Assembly: GCA_964428655.1 (NCBI GenBank) | Contig: CAYRYE010000001.1 | Coordinates: 312,406 to 376,405, forward strand | Length of the DNA: 64,000 bases | From: an uncultured Gammaproteobacteria bacterium | GTDB lineage: Bacteria > Patescibacteriota > Microgenomatia > UBA12405 > JAHJSD01 | Direction: 5' to 3' | In this document: positions 62,632 through 64,000 of the stretch, piece after piece | Layout: the number at the start of each line of letters is the position of its first letter | Numbering within the stretch: the stretch's first letter is position 1 | Notes under the pieces: generated by a model | Seen by the model: the letters and a program-made list of their open reading frames with translations, nothing else | Databases searched by the model: none | Told to the model about the DNA's origin: nothing | Position numbers and translations under genes: made by a program

Positions 62632-64000
62632 AAAAGATTGCTCTGATTTTAGTTTTATTTTCTGCTCTTCTAGCTTCCCGCTGGCTATTTAAGCCTGGCT
62701 ATTTTTTAATGCATGATGATCTCCAAATGATGAGACAGCTTCAGATGGAAAAATGTTGGCAGGATAGGCAGATACCTTGCCGCTGGGTGCCTGATATGGG
62801 TTTTGGCTACGGTTATCCGCTTTTTAATTTTTATCCCCCCCTTCCTTATTATATTGGTCAAATATTTCGCTGGCTGGGATTTAGTTTTGTCGCCACTGTT
62901 AAATTAGTTTTTGCGCTTCAATTTTTTCTTTCAGGCGTAGCAATGTTTATACTTGCCTCGGATTTATGGGGGATTTCGGGAGGATTATTAAGCAGTGTTT
63001 TCTATATCTGGGCGCCTTACCACTCTGTTGATGTTTATGTTCGCGGGGCGATGAATGAGGCTTGGGCTTTTATTTGGTTTCCTTTGATTTTTTGGGCGGC
63101 TAAGAAAATGATTGAAAAAGTTGATCTTAAATACTTATCTTGGTTGAGTTTTTCCTATGCCATGCTTTTTTTAACTCATAATGTGATGGCAATGATATTC
63201 ACCCCGGCAGTATTGGCTTGGATTTTGTACTGGATGGTTAAGGAGAAAAAACTGCCTTGGCAGGATTGGAAATTATTAGGCAGGTTTGTTCTATCCGGAT
63301 TCTGGGCTTTAGGATTAGCGGCTTTTTTTACTTTACCGATGTTTTTCGAAAAAAAATACGCTCAGGTTGAAACAATGTTCTCTGGTTACTTTGATTGGCG
63401 GGCCCACTTTGTTTCTTTGAGACAGCTTTTTATTTCCCGCTTTTGGGGCTGGGGGCCATCAGTTTGGGGGCTTGATGATGGCATGCCCTTTCCGGTTGGC
63501 CATATTCACTGGGTATTAGGCTTGATAATCATTTTAGTAGTTTTTTATAAGGTTCTTAGATCAAAGATCGTAAATTATAAATCAGTGTTGCTTTTTGGTT
63601 TCTTTTTTACCGCCTTAGCTTACACTTTTTTAGCTCATCAGAGATCTGTATTTATTTGGAAAATTATTAAGCCTCTTCAGTTAGCTCAGTTTTCTTGGCG
63701 GCTTTTAGCAGGGACAGTTTTCTTTTTTTCTCTGTTGGCAGGAGCAGTTTGTTTGTTTTTGAAGAAGCGATGGCTGGTCTTCGCTCTTTTAGTTTTAGTT
63801 ATTGGCTGGAACTGGAATTTTTTCAAACCCGGATGGATGGGGCCGGTGACTGATGAAGAAAAGTTTTCCGACAAAGCGTGGGAGCTGCAGCAAACGGCGG
63901 GTATTTATGATTACCTTCCTAAAACAGCCAGCAAAGCGCCTACGTCTGCTCCCGAAGGAGATTGGTTGTTTTTGGAAGGTGAGGTTGAGAATGGGGAGGT
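62629..64000 (+). CDS. polytopic membrane protein, putative GT-C-fold glycosyltransferase (3' end beyond the window)
   Basis: Continuous frame from ATG 62629 to the window end; N-terminal region MHDDLQMMRQLQMEKCWQDRQIPCRWVPDMGFGYGYPLFNFYPPLPYY. Confidence 0.45.

Noticed and set aside
1-64000. CRISPR arrays, rRNA genes, tRNA genes
   Set aside because: No regularly spaced direct repeats with unique spacers were seen. No 16S/23S/5S signature motifs were found. A TTCGAGTCC T-loop-like string at 15797-15806 lacks complementary T-stem and acceptor arms. tRNA detection by eye is unreliable, so tRNAscan-SE should still be run.

Overview
This 64-kb window is AT-rich (about 36-40% GC) and gene-dense, with short intergenic spacers and many overlapping start/stop junctions. 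The gene content suggests a small-genome Patescibacteria/CPR-like bacterium using the standard genetic code; this placement is an inference from gene content only. The evidence is an archaeal-type ProRS, several aaRS fusions, a t6A TsaC-TsaE fusion, many Dpm1-like GT2 and GT-C membrane glycosyltransferase pairs, and an RF2 gene with no in-frame stop.

The first 21 kb is mostly housekeeping: a GldA/F/G-like ABC transporter, era, lon, greA, lysS, serS, secA, prfB, ftsEX and an M23 peptidase. From 21 to 42 kb the content is accessory. It holds an archaeal-type proS with an apparent frameshift, flanked by direct repeats. It holds a 2.5-kb islet bounded by 45-bp direct repeats that carries a HEPN (Rx4H) protein with a Cys-rich partner. 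It holds a TasA/camelysin-like plus SipW signal peptidase plus large surface protein locus. It also holds an integron-like array of single-gene units (S51 peptidase, hypothetical, NUDIX, GC-rich unknown, alpha/beta hydrolase), each preceded by a roughly 200-bp conserved repeat.

From 42 to 64 kb the window encodes two adjacent double-domain GH130-like phosphorylases, tsaD with a tsaC-tsaE fusion, a B12-type radical SAM protein, a HIT protein, a short MGMT, a LmbE/ATP-grasp/DUF218 operon, and three consecutive GT2 + GT-C glycosylation modules. One GT-C gene contains a (CTTCATA)4 heptanucleotide repeat. By eye I found no rRNA, no convincing tRNA and no CRISPR array.

Two regions are candidate structured RNA or non-coding elements: the 500-bp ORF-free gap between lon and greA that ends in an intrinsic terminator, and the GC-rich block at 40.05-40.78 kb.
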